From Aulosira sp. ZfuVER01 (GTDB lineage Bacteria; Cyanobacteriota; Cyanobacteriia; Cyanobacteriales; Nostocaceae), in the NCBI GenBank assembly GCA_034530615.2, contig JAVRCV020000010.1, positions 1-64,000 of the forward strand: 64,000 nucleotides of DNA. Reading direction: 5' to 3'. How positions within the stretch are numbered: the stretch's first letter is position 1; the number at the start of each line of letters is the position of its first letter. Positions 40,833 to 49,987 of the stretch are shown one piece after another. The position numbers and the translations under genes were made by a program. Under the pieces are notes generated by a model. That model saw only the letters and a program-made list of their open reading frames with translations. It was not told where the DNA came from and ran no database searches.

Positions 40833-43169
40833 TCAATTTTCAATTAAAACCTTTGCGACTTTTTGTAGCAAAGATGATTGACTATTATCACTTATTTTTA
40901 AAATATTGTGAGTTAGCGTAGTAAAATGTAAAGCTGTCATGGTATGTTCAATTAGTTCAGATGTCTGAATTGACTCGCCAGAATATGTCTTTCCAATCAA
41001 GTGATAAACTCTAAACCCTCTTTTCACTGTACCATTAAGATTTTGACCAGGCGGAACATAATACTGAACAAATTCTTCGTTATGTAAATCCAAACAGATC
41101 ATATTTTTTATTCTGTTAATAGGTTTAATTTCCTCGCTATAATACATTGCCAAAGGTAATAATTTACTACCATTGTTACCTTTAATTGTGCTAATTGTTC
41201 GGTTAATTTCTAGCGTTCCCTTTTCCATTTCTTCAAGAATACCATTGCGTCCAATTAAAGTTGGTGTATACAAGTCCTCTGTATAGCAGCTAATATATAA
41301 CTTTTCCGATTCATCTACAAAATATTGTTGATCGTTAATTAATTTATCTGATTTATTTTTCTGCCTTCTTAAAAATCGAAAGTTTTTCTCTATCTCTTTT
41401 ATATTGCGCATTACATCTTTGATATATATGCGACCCTCTTTATATAAAAATTTTACGGCTACTGCTTTAGCTTCCTTGTTTCGAGGACTGCGCACATATA
41501 TAGTATAGAATTCTTTTTTAGGTAATGATTCAGCAGTAATGGGCAAACCCAAGGTAGGATCTAAAAGACTTTTCCTCATCCAGTTCTTAATTCCTAGTTC
41601 AATCAAGACCTTCTCAAATTCCGGCGAAATATTTAGCTTGTACTCATTGTAGAAATTTTTCCATAGTTCGTTATTTTCTTGACTACTTAAATAGCAGTAA
41701 ATACAATCTTCTACATCCAAGAATTTACCATCCGTAAAATCCTGCGTATCCTTGCGCAAAGTATCTGGAGTAATTTTAGAAGGCGTATATTTAAGAACTG
41801 ACCAACTAGGTTTTGCCTTTCCAATAGCCTTCTTTCCAACAGCCTTAAATTCAGGTATATTTATCCCCTGGGTGCTAAAAAACTCTCCTGTATGCAAATA
41901 GTTAAATCTTCTCTTTAACTGGGAATAAAAATCTACTTTCACTTTATTATCTATTTGTGTTGATGGCTCCCAGAAACCATCATTTCTCTGGTAAGCCATT
42001 GAACCTGCTTCTCCCTCCAAAGATTTATTGAAAACTAAATAATTTTTTTTCTTATCAAGATTAATATCTGACCAGGGTACAACTTCAGTAATTTCCCAGC
42101 AAGGCTCGTTTTCACCCTCAACTTCTATTTGTTCATAGGTACTCACGGTTTTTCCAGAATTATAAAATGTGGTGATAGCTATCCCTTGCTGTTTCAGAAA
42201 ATTTTTCAGAAATTGCTGGTCGGATTCAGTCAGATCAACTCCAATATTGTTAATAATCTCTAATGATTCTACAGATTCTATATTTTTGATAAAAGGATTT
42301 TCTAGATAATGGTCAGCCTGAAAAGGCAGAGTATTAAAGTTAATACCACACTCACTTAAAAAACTCTCAAGTTTTGTCATGAGATTTTGATAATGATAAA
42401 GCTGAGTTTTTCTAAACTTGTCATAATCTTGCTGATTTGTCGGAAATTGCATAAATTCAATAGAATTTTGGTGACGACCATCAAGGTCACGTTCAAAGTA
42501 GTAGTTCTTATCTTCGTATACTAATAACTCTCCTAAATCGTCACTATCTATGGTGACATACTCATCTTGTGGTAAGAATATTCGCCTTTTTCTAGATAAG
42601 GTTAATGTTAGTACATCATGATGGTTATATTTGATTAACAAATTCTGTCCCCATACCAAAAGAGCATCTTTTGATTTAGTTAGTTCTTTGGAATGAAGTA
42701 AGAGTAATTCTTCAAAACTATTCATTGTTTCAACAGATAAGCTTTGAGAAAGAAGATAAAATTTAAAAACTAAGTTAAAAATCCTTTCTCGATTATTGCT
42801 AAATAACTTTTTCCAGCCGGAGTGATTTTTATTGGGAGATAAAAAGAACACATATTTTTTACCGTCAGCGTAGGAAAGGAAATATTGAATTGTTGAAATT
42901 TTCGGTTTTTCTCCATAGACAGAAAGTCGCTCTTGGATTTGAATTTTAATAAACCTATCTCGCTTTTTATAAAAATCTGTCTGTGAATCTTCATTTTGGG
43001 AAGACTCATCTTCAGGAACCTTGTATTCAAGAATAAAATGCTCAATCCCTTTACCCTTCTTCGCGAGATATTGGACGAGTTTTTCAGCAACATCTTCTAG
43101 TTTATCTAAAATCTTTATTTGATTGGTTCTTGATTGCTCTGATAATGCTTTAGTAATTTGATTTTTCAT
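40833..43169 (-). CDS. DdmE-like divergent, probably slicer-inactive prokaryotic Argonaute (778 aa)
   Basis: MID-like pattern FYSQLK...STQGINI...VLIELGIK followed by a PIWI-sized region. ATG lies 1 nt after the helicase stop, with AAGGAG upstream. The family call is inference. Confidence 0.62.
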   Translation of the reverse strand: MKNQITKALSEQSRTNQIKILDKLEDVAEKLVQYLAKKGKGIEHFILEYKVPEDESSQNEDSQTDFYKKRDRFIKIQIQERLSVYGEKPKISTIQYFLSYADGKKYVFFLSPNKNHSGWKKLFSNNRERIFNLVFKFYLLSQSLSVETMNSFEELLLLHSKELTKSKDALLVWGQNLLIKYNHHDVLTLTLSRKRRIFLPQDEYVTIDSDDLGELLVYEDKNYYFERDLDGRHQNSIEFMQFPTNQQDYDKFRKTQLYHYQNLMTKLESFLSECGINFNTLPFQADHYLENPFIKNIESVESLEIINNIGVDLTESDQQFLKNFLKQQGIAITTFYNSGKTVSTYEQIEVEGENEPCWEITEVVPWSDINLDKKKNYLVFNKSLEGEAGSMAYQRNDGFWEPSTQIDNKVKVDFYSQLKRRFNYLHTGEFFSTQGINIPEFKAVGKKAIGKAKPSWSVLKYTPSKITPDTLRKDTQDFTDGKFLDVEDCIYCYLSSQENNELWKNFYNEYKLNISPEFEKVLIELGIKNWMRKSLLDPTLGLPITAESLPKKEFYTIYVRSPRNKEAKAVAVKFLYKEGRIYIKDVMRNIKEIEKNFRFLRRQKNKSDKLINDQQYFVDESEKLYISCYTEDLYTPTLIGRNGILEEMEKGTLEINRTISTIKGNNGSKLLPLAMYYSEEIKPINRIKNMICLDLHNEEFVQYYVPPGQNLNGTVKRGFRVYHLIGKTYSGESIQTSELIEHTMTALHFTTLTHNILKISDNSQSSLLQKVAKVLIEN

Positions 43170-43170
43170 T

Positions 43171-46100
43171 TTATCTCTCCTTAACAAACAAAAAGTCTTT
43201 GAGGATACTAGATTCAACTGGGATATTATGGCGATCAAAGTAAATCAAATTTCCCGAAAATAACGTTGGTGAGTATTGATGATTTTTTTCTTGTTTTCCG
43301 TGTAAGTTGAGAAGTAAACCTCTAACAGTGCTAAATTCTGGATAATCTGAAACAATACTATCTAGCTTTTTTTGGGTTTTTTCCAACGTCTCATTGGAAA
43401 GGCGATTTCCTGAAGCTAAACTCCATGCTTTAACATCAATGCAAAATAGGGTATTGTCCTTGATATAGTACAAATCAAACTTCTCATAAAGCTTGTGATA
43501 TTTTTTGAAATCTCGCAACTGCTCAAAACCATAGATGGATTTTATAGTTTTCCAGTCTTTACCTTGAAAAACTACATCTTTAATCCATCTTTCCGTAAAA
43601 TTTTCAGTTAGTGATGGATGCAATACATCGTAAAAGAAATATCGACGCGGAATATAAGTATTAAAAATTTCTGGTTGTGGAATCAACTCGTTGTACAGTT
43701 TGTAGATTAAATTAGTAGAAGGCTCTGGCAAGTCAATTTCATTTCCTTCCAAGTCATCGTCTTGAGCATTTGTTTTGAGATGTTCAGGATATAATCGCTT
43801 CTGGTAAGCATAGATTCTTTCCCCATTGATGCTATCGCTGATAATCTGAAATTTTTTACCCTCTTCTTCCACAGAAGCTAAATAGGGAGTAAATTCAGGT
43901 TGTTCCGGGTTGTGATAAAATAGCGATTCAATAAACTCATCAGGAAATAGCTTTAACTCTCGTAACTGTTGCAGATACTTCTCTGGCTCTCTAAAAACAA
44001 CTGGATCGCGTAAAGCATCCCACATTTTGGTGATAGCAAAAGCCTTGTTATTTTGGTGAAAATCCTCAATTTCATTCAACATCTTTTGTCGAAAATTTTG
44101 GAAATCCTGATAAGCATTAGTTTCATCATATACATGATCGTCATAATCATGAATAGCTCGTTTCTTCTCTTCCTCTTGAACACTTAAGTAAACTTTGTGG
44201 TTGTTAACTGAAAATTTACGAATTTCCTGAGATTCTTCTTGTTTCAGGTATCTGTAAAAATTCACTAAATTTTTTCTGGTTTCTTCATTAATGAAAATTT
44301 TAATAACTTGGTTGGGAAAATCACGCCTCTCAGATCTACCAATAGCTTGCAAAATTGCTTTACCTAATAAAATTTGGTGTTGCTGCTCTCGAAATGCGCT
44401 AGCTTCCGGTTGACTCAGGTATTTGTTGAAATCTTTGATTTCTAGATTAGATTCACCCAAATTTACAATGCTTTTCATCAACGCGAAATGATAACGAGTA
44501 GTAGATTTTTCAGAATCTGTTGACTTCTTCAGTGATGGTTTCATCACTGTATAGTAACTGTCCATTAACAAAACTAAAGAGTCAAAATCTTTTTCAACGC
44601 CGTTGTTATTTTTTATGATAGGGTTCAATCCTTTGGATGCTGATTGATAAGCCGATATAAAGAAAATTTTCTGTCCTTTTTCTTCTACAAGCTCATCCAA
44701 GTATGTTTTTTTATTTGCTTGATCAACGTAAAGACTATTGAACGAGGCTGTATATAAAATAATCTTGATCCGAATATCAGACTTATATTTTGGATGATTT
44801 ACCTTGATGTAATATATATTTGGATGTTCTTGTGATGTCTCAAATACAAAGTTAATATTATGAGTTTTATCCCAAAAAGACATCAATTCCTTAATCCACC
44901 GTATGGTTTGAGTAAAAGCAATTGTTTCTTGAATTGATTCATCTTCAAAAAGGTAAAATAAGAAACGAATAAATTTTTTTATCTCTTGAACTTTGTAAGA
45001 ATTCAACCAGATACCCTTATTTTTACAATCATTAATAAAATCTTTTAAAATATTTTTCTCAAATCGTTCTACAACTTCTTGTGTCTTGTTATTTGGAAAA
45101 GATGGTAAATTTTCATTGAAAAAATTCACTGTAATCTGGCGGTTAGCATCACGCTGATTTCTAATTTCTTCACAAAGCAATATTTCTTCTTCAATCATTG
45201 CTTTAAATGAAGTTTTACCAGACTCATTACGTAAATTATCTTCTAAATAACCCATATCATAACTTGTACTTAAATCCCCAAATACTCCTCCTGTTGCTGA
45301 AATTAAAAAAATCACATTACTATTATTAGCTAGCATAGATTTTATTTTGAATTCAGGCGAAGTCAATATAGCAGTACTCCCAATAGAGACTTCTCTAAGT
45401 GAGTGAGCAATCAAGTTATTATTAGGATTTTGATACCGAGAAATTTCTTTGATATTTATGATAGATTTATAGCTTTCATAGACATAGATACGGTTTAAGT
45501 ATTTGATCAGTTGATTTGGCGATGAGTTTTCTTCACTTGCTTTTTGCGCTTTATCTATCTGTTGTGACCAAATATCTAAAGAACGAGATTGAGAATCTTC
45601 AGCATCCAAAACATTAGCCAGAAAATCTTTGATGGTTTTGATTTGTAATCTAACAGCCAGAATGGCATAAATTAATTCTGCTACAGAAGTATTATCTGAA
45701 ACTTGTTCCTCAGTGATGTGAACATGACCACCGGAAGGTCGGGTTAAAAACAATTGTTTTAGAGGTTCGATGTTGTAGATGTATAGGTTGTTATATGAAA
45801 AAATGTTCATCAACTCATCACTGATTTTGTTGTAAAGCTGCTGAGGAATCAACAAACTTCTATTATTCTCGAATTTTGAAAAAACTCTGGATAACATTTC
45901 AAAATCCAATATCATGGAACTCTCTTTATCGGAATCATCGAAAATCTCCATGATTTCTGCCATTGATTTTTCAAGCCCTTTGATAATCGTTATTACCTGT
46001 GCTAAAAACTTGATAGAGTTCCCTTCTTCAAAGGTCAGGCGTTGATATATTGGGGCTAGTTTTTGCAGTTTTGGGTCAATATCTTTATTACGCTCAAAAT

Positions 46101-47118
46101 ATTCTTGTAATTCTTGATAAGCTCCCTTATTATTCGCAACATAATTAAGAAATTCTCTATTTTGATTATTTTGACTAGAAAAAAGAATAGAAAACTCTCT
46201 ATTAATAGATGAAAGTGCATTATTGATTGCTAGCTTTTGAGGGGAGATGATATCAATTTTCTCATCTAACATAATTTGGTAGCCATCTTCCTGCTCATCA
46301 AATGCCACGATAAACTTTCTGGAGTTGTTCGTGTGTTGAATAACGTATTTATCTAGATGGCTATTTTGCTTTACCCATTTTTTACCATTATGCTTAAAAT
46401 AGGGAATAGCGGTTTCAAACTTATCATAAGTGAGCATTAAAATACCAGATTTATCTTGCAGTAGATGGATGGGAAAAAATATTTCTACTAACTTTAAACA
46501 TTCATCTGTCCAGCTTTCCCGATCCAATTTACAATTGATGAGTAATTCTAAAAATTTTTCAATTAAATTATTTATTTCATTTCTTGCTTTTTTGACCTCA
46601 TATTTATTAAGTTCATCATCGCCAAAACCTACTGTTTTGATAAACTCAAGGCGGCGTATAACCTTTTCTGCTATCTTGAGTTTTTCTTGAATTTCTTGAA
46701 TATTTTCCTGAGAATATACTTCTGATTTTATCTTCCAGAAAGTTTTATCTTTGAGGATTGCAGGTATCCATTTTTTATATAATTTGATACACTCATCCGT
46801 CATTTTCATTTCTAAGGAATTTAGTTTATAGACGGGAATACGTGCATATTGAGTCTGAACTGAAGTTGGAACACATAAATGTTCTCTTAATGGGGCAACA
46901 TATATGCCGATTATCACAGTATCTGGATGCTTTTGAATTGTTTGATATATAGCTTGAAACAATTGATGGGTCTTTCCTGAGCCTGTACCATAATTGATGA
47001 GTTTGAGTTGAGAACAGTTATCTCGAAAACTATCTTCAATGGTTGTCAGGTAGGAATTAAGAATTTGGGAACGAGCCGATTCTAGCTGCTGACTAGGAGA
47101 ATCTTTTTGATTTTGCAT
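43171..47118 (-). CDS. SF2 helicase with C-terminal PD-(D/E)xK nuclease (DdmD-like, 1315 aa)
   Basis: GTGSGKT (I), YVAPLR (Ia), LTYDKF, FDEQE (II), ISATG (III), SASKGLN (V), QAIGRSER (VI). C-terminal EKFDLY...CIDVKAW. Confidence 0.8.
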   Translation of the reverse strand: MQNQKDSPSQQLESARSQILNSYLTTIEDSFRDNCSQLKLINYGTGSGKTHQLFQAIYQTIQKHPDTVIIGIYVAPLREHLCVPTSVQTQYARIPVYKLNSLEMKMTDECIKLYKKWIPAILKDKTFWKIKSEVYSQENIQEIQEKLKIAEKVIRRLEFIKTVGFGDDELNKYEVKKARNEINNLIEKFLELLINCKLDRESWTDECLKLVEIFFPIHLLQDKSGILMLTYDKFETAIPYFKHNGKKWVKQNSHLDKYVIQHTNNSRKFIVAFDEQEDGYQIMLDEKIDIISPQKLAINNALSSINREFSILFSSQNNQNREFLNYVANNKGAYQELQEYFERNKDIDPKLQKLAPIYQRLTFEEGNSIKFLAQVITIIKGLEKSMAEIMEIFDDSDKESSMILDFEMLSRVFSKFENNRSLLIPQQLYNKISDELMNIFSYNNLYIYNIEPLKQLFLTRPSGGHVHITEEQVSDNTSVAELIYAILAVRLQIKTIKDFLANVLDAEDSQSRSLDIWSQQIDKAQKASEENSSPNQLIKYLNRIYVYESYKSIINIKEISRYQNPNNNLIAHSLREVSIGSTAILTSPEFKIKSMLANNSNVIFLISATGGVFGDLSTSYDMGYLEDNLRNESGKTSFKAMIEEEILLCEEIRNQRDANRQITVNFFNENLPSFPNNKTQEVVERFEKNILKDFINDCKNKGIWLNSYKVQEIKKFIRFLFYLFEDESIQETIAFTQTIRWIKELMSFWDKTHNINFVFETSQEHPNIYYIKVNHPKYKSDIRIKIILYTASFNSLYVDQANKKTYLDELVEEKGQKIFFISAYQSASKGLNPIIKNNNGVEKDFDSLVLLMDSYYTVMKPSLKKSTDSEKSTTRYHFALMKSIVNLGESNLEIKDFNKYLSQPEASAFREQQHQILLGKAILQAIGRSERRDFPNQVIKIFINEETRKNLVNFYRYLKQEESQEIRKFSVNNHKVYLSVQEEEKKRAIHDYDDHVYDETNAYQDFQNFRQKMLNEIEDFHQNNKAFAITKMWDALRDPVVFREPEKYLQQLRELKLFPDEFIESLFYHNPEQPEFTPYLASVEEEGKKFQIISDSINGERIYAYQKRLYPEHLKTNAQDDDLEGNEIDLPEPSTNLIYKLYNELIPQPEIFNTYIPRRYFFYDVLHPSLTENFTERWIKDVVFQGKDWKTIKSIYGFEQLRDFKKYHKLYEKFDLYYIKDNTLFCIDVKAWSLASGNRLSNETLEKTQKKLDSIVSDYPEFSTVRGLLLNLHGKQEKNHQYSPTLFSGNLIYFDRHNIPVESSILKDFLFVKER

Positions 47119-47454
47119 TACGTGCCATCATCTTATTTAGGTTAAATACATAACACCCCTGCGCTTGGTTGACCGACTAATCTTTAGCCCAGGGCGGTTG
47201 AAATTGCTGTTATCAGGTCAAATTTGCTGCAAGCCGACTATATAGAACTTTTCGGAAATCTCGAAATATACCAAAATTTGCCCGTTTATTTACCTAATTC
47301 GTCATAAATGTATAGAAATTTTCTCAAGAAAATCTCAATTTGAGTAAGATACAAGCTTCTTTCGGTTCCTTGGGATATTCTCGCTCACCTCTAGCATTAG
47401 AAGCGTCGCATAACTTTTCGGTATACTGAATTTTGCTAGTTCACACAATAATCC

Positions 47455-47610
47455 CACCCCTTCGGGTGACGCTACGCGAACGTCGCTCTAAGCGAAGCTA
47501 TACCGCAGGCTTGACGCTGCGCTAACACCACTTTGCTTATGCCGGGAAACCCATCCACCGCAAGTGGTTCACCGCACACAACTTTTCGCAAAATCCAAAA
47601 TCCAAAATTG
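47455..47610. repeat. Cluster of small dispersed repeats plus CAAAATC heptamers
   Basis: The reverse complement shares GATTTTGGATTTTGCGAAAAGTTG, GGTGTTAGCG and GGTGGA.GGGTT.CCCGGCATAA with 961-1206. Confidence 0.65.
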
Positions 47611-47699
47611 TTTGACGCTACAATCGAACAGTGGTCATGAGTTAATAGTCAATAATGCTGAATTTTTGACTTCAAACTCACAACTCGTAATTTTTGAGA

Positions 47700-48479
47700 A
47701 TGTTGCCAAGAGAAGAACTTTTAAAAAGTGTTGAAAATCGAGAGAGTGTAGCTCGTGTAATCGATCAGGCGGAACAAGCAATCAAAACTTGGGAAGTTGT
47801 TTTGACAGATTTTTTGTCTCCCCCAGAATTAGCAGAAATTCAACGGGTGTTCAGTCGGTTAACCGAGGTGCAATTGGTGGCGTGGGGTGGATATCCCCAA
47901 GCGGAACGCCAAAGATTAGCGATCGCTCGCGCAGAAATCCCCCTAGATCAGTCCCAAGTCGCTTTGGCTGCATTAGAAATTGCGGGTAATTTCTTGTTTG
48001 ACACAGCCACACACCGCGACTTTTTAGGCGCAATGTTGGGAACGGGAATCGTTAGGGAAAAAACTGGGGATATTCTTGTCCTGGGTGAGCGCGGCGCACA
48101 GGCAATTGTCGCACCAGATCTGACAGAATTTTTAGAGATGAGCCTCAAACAGGTGCGATCGGTGCCGGTAAAAACTCAGCGAATTGAGTTTAGCGAGCTA
48201 AAAGTTCGAGAACCGAAGAAGAAAGAATTAACTACCGTCGAGGCTTCTTTACGGTTAGATGCGATCGCCTCCGCAGGTTTTGGAATGTCCCGCAGCAAAA
48301 TGGTTGATTTAATTGACTCCGGTGATGTCCGTGTAAATTGGAAGGACGTTTCTCAAGCGAGTGCTCAAGTAAAAACAGGCGACTTAATTGCCATTCGCGG
48401 TAAGGGACGCTTAGAAGTTGGGGAAGTCGCTGTTACCAAAAAAGACCGTTATCGGGTGCAATTAACAAGATATATGTAA
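47700..48479 (+). CDS. ylmH: YlmH/Sll1252-family S4-domain RNA-binding protein
   Basis: TDFLSP, GGY..AER.R, HRDFLG, SLRLDAI...SRSK, RGKGR. Confidence 0.88.
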   Translation: MLPREELLKSVENRESVARVIDQAEQAIKTWEVVLTDFLSPPELAEIQRVFSRLTEVQLVAWGGYPQAERQRLAIARAEIPLDQSQVALAALEIAGNFLFDTATHRDFLGAMLGTGIVREKTGDILVLGERGAQAIVAPDLTEFLEMSLKQVRSVPVKTQRIEFSELKVREPKKKELTTVEASLRLDAIASAGFGMSRSKMVDLIDSGDVRVNWKDVSQASAQVKTGDLIAIRGKGRLEVGEVAVTKKDRYRVQLTRYM

Positions 48480-48517
48480 TTCGCTTATGTCTCAAAGGTA
48501 ATGCTAACTACCTTTGT

Positions 48518-49876
48518 TTACTCTCTACTTTCTGCCAGCATTGGCTCTGGTAAATAGAGGCGTTCTTCTCTGGCATCATACTCAAATAGTTCTGCGTAGC
48601 GTCCCCAGTCAACGGCGGTAGCAAATTGTCGTTCAGCTTCTATACGAGGAAAATGTTCATCCAGTAAATCCATAAAAAAATCTGCTCGCATTGAGCCAAT
48701 GCGTTTTTCGCGCAGTGTCTTGATCATACTGACCAACATCGGGACATTTTGCAAAACTTGCTGCCGAAATAGGTCTTTACTTCGCAAAATAGTAGTGGTA
48801 GCAAAGTCACGCCCGATTTCTGTGAGTTGGACATCACCTTGTGTCACCTCTGCAAAACCCAGTAACACAGCACCATCAAGAATTGGTAAAAGGTCATCTA
48901 CTGCCAGTTGTATCCGTTCTGCTAACTTAAAAATATCTTCCCTACTATCTGGCTGTTCGACAATTAATTCTAAAAGACCACTAATCCCACCCACTCGCAC
49001 ATGAGGTAATAATTTGCTATATGGTGATTGAGGTTTTTGAGTTGGGGTTTCAGTTTTGGTGACTGTAACTTCTCCGGTGACTTCGGCTTCTGGGTTAGTC
49101 ATCACCGTATAGATATAGTCTACTAAAGCTTTGAATCGGGGATGTGTGCGATCGTGGGGACGAGGTAAATCAATCACAACTTCACCGCGAACTCGTCCGG
49201 GGTTTGCCCCCAAAATAATCACCCGATCTGCTAAAAATACTGCTTCCTCAATATTGTGCGTAACAATTAATATACTTTTAGAAGGAAAACTACCAGCATT
49301 CCACAGGTCGTCAATTTCACCCCGCAGGTTCTCAGCCGTCAAGACATCCAAGGCACTAAACGGCTCATCCATAAATAATACTTGCGGTTCAATCACAAAT
49401 GCCCGTGCAAAACCAACTCGCTGTTTCATCCCACCAGATAACTCTTTGGGATAGGCGCTTTCAAAACCATCTAAACCTACTAAGTCAATGGCTTTAAGGG
49501 CGCGCTGTCGTCGGGCTTCTCGACTCACGCCTTGAGCTTCTAGACCCAGTTCTACGTTTTCTTGTACTGTTAACCAAGGTAGTAGGGCAAAACTTTGAAA
49601 AACCATCGCCACATCTTTGTTAGCACCGCGTAAGGGTTTGCCATTACTAATGACTTGCCCTTCACTGGGTGGAATCAAACCTGCCATAATCCGTAGGAGG
49701 GTACTTTTACCACTACCACTACGTCCTAGTAAAGCGACAACTTCACCTGCATTGACTCTGACGTTAATCTGACGCAGAACTGTAAACTCACCTTTGCTAT
49801 CGGGGAGAGGAAAACTTTTATTTACTTGTTCAACAGCGATGAGTGTCGGCTCTGTGGTTGGCGTTGTTTTCGTCAT
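48518..49876 (-). CDS. NitT/TauT-family ABC ATP-binding protein with C-terminal AAA-associated domain
   Basis: GRSGSGKS, LSGGMKQR, MDEPFSALD; C-terminal WGRYAELF. Confidence 0.92.
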   Translation of the reverse strand: MTKTTPTTEPTLIAVEQVNKSFPLPDSKGEFTVLRQINVRVNAGEVVALLGRSGSGKSTLLRIMAGLIPPSEGQVISNGKPLRGANKDVAMVFQSFALLPWLTVQENVELGLEAQGVSREARRQRALKAIDLVGLDGFESAYPKELSGGMKQRVGFARAFVIEPQVLFMDEPFSALDVLTAENLRGEIDDLWNAGSFPSKSILIVTHNIEEAVFLADRVIILGANPGRVRGEVVIDLPRPHDRTHPRFKALVDYIYTVMTNPEAEVTGEVTVTKTETPTQKPQSPYSKLLPHVRVGGISGLLELIVEQPDSREDIFKLAERIQLAVDDLLPILDGAVLLGFAEVTQGDVQLTEIGRDFATTTILRSKDLFRQQVLQNVPMLVSMIKTLREKRIGSMRADFFMDLLDEHFPRIEAERQFATAVDWGRYAELFEYDAREERLYLPEPMLAESRE

Positions 49877-49987
49877 AATTACACTGCTTTTTGCTCAATT
49901 TTGCTATTGAAGATATAAATCTGGCATTCTTGACAAAGAAATATCAATTTATACAAAAAATATGCTTAACATATAATTGATTTTCTT

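Noticed and set aside
43170..43238. ORF-track N-terminal extension (MIAIISQ...) of the 801-aa ORF
   Set aside because: It overlaps the helicase 3' end; ATG 43169 has an SD and a coupled arrangement.
40833..47118. Restriction-modification or pPIWI-RE assignment for the helicase pair
   Set aside because: No methyltransferase or specificity subunit is present. The nuclease is fused to the helicase C-terminus in a two-gene unit, which fits DdmDE better than the three-gene pPIWI-RE layout. Not formally excluded without a profile search.
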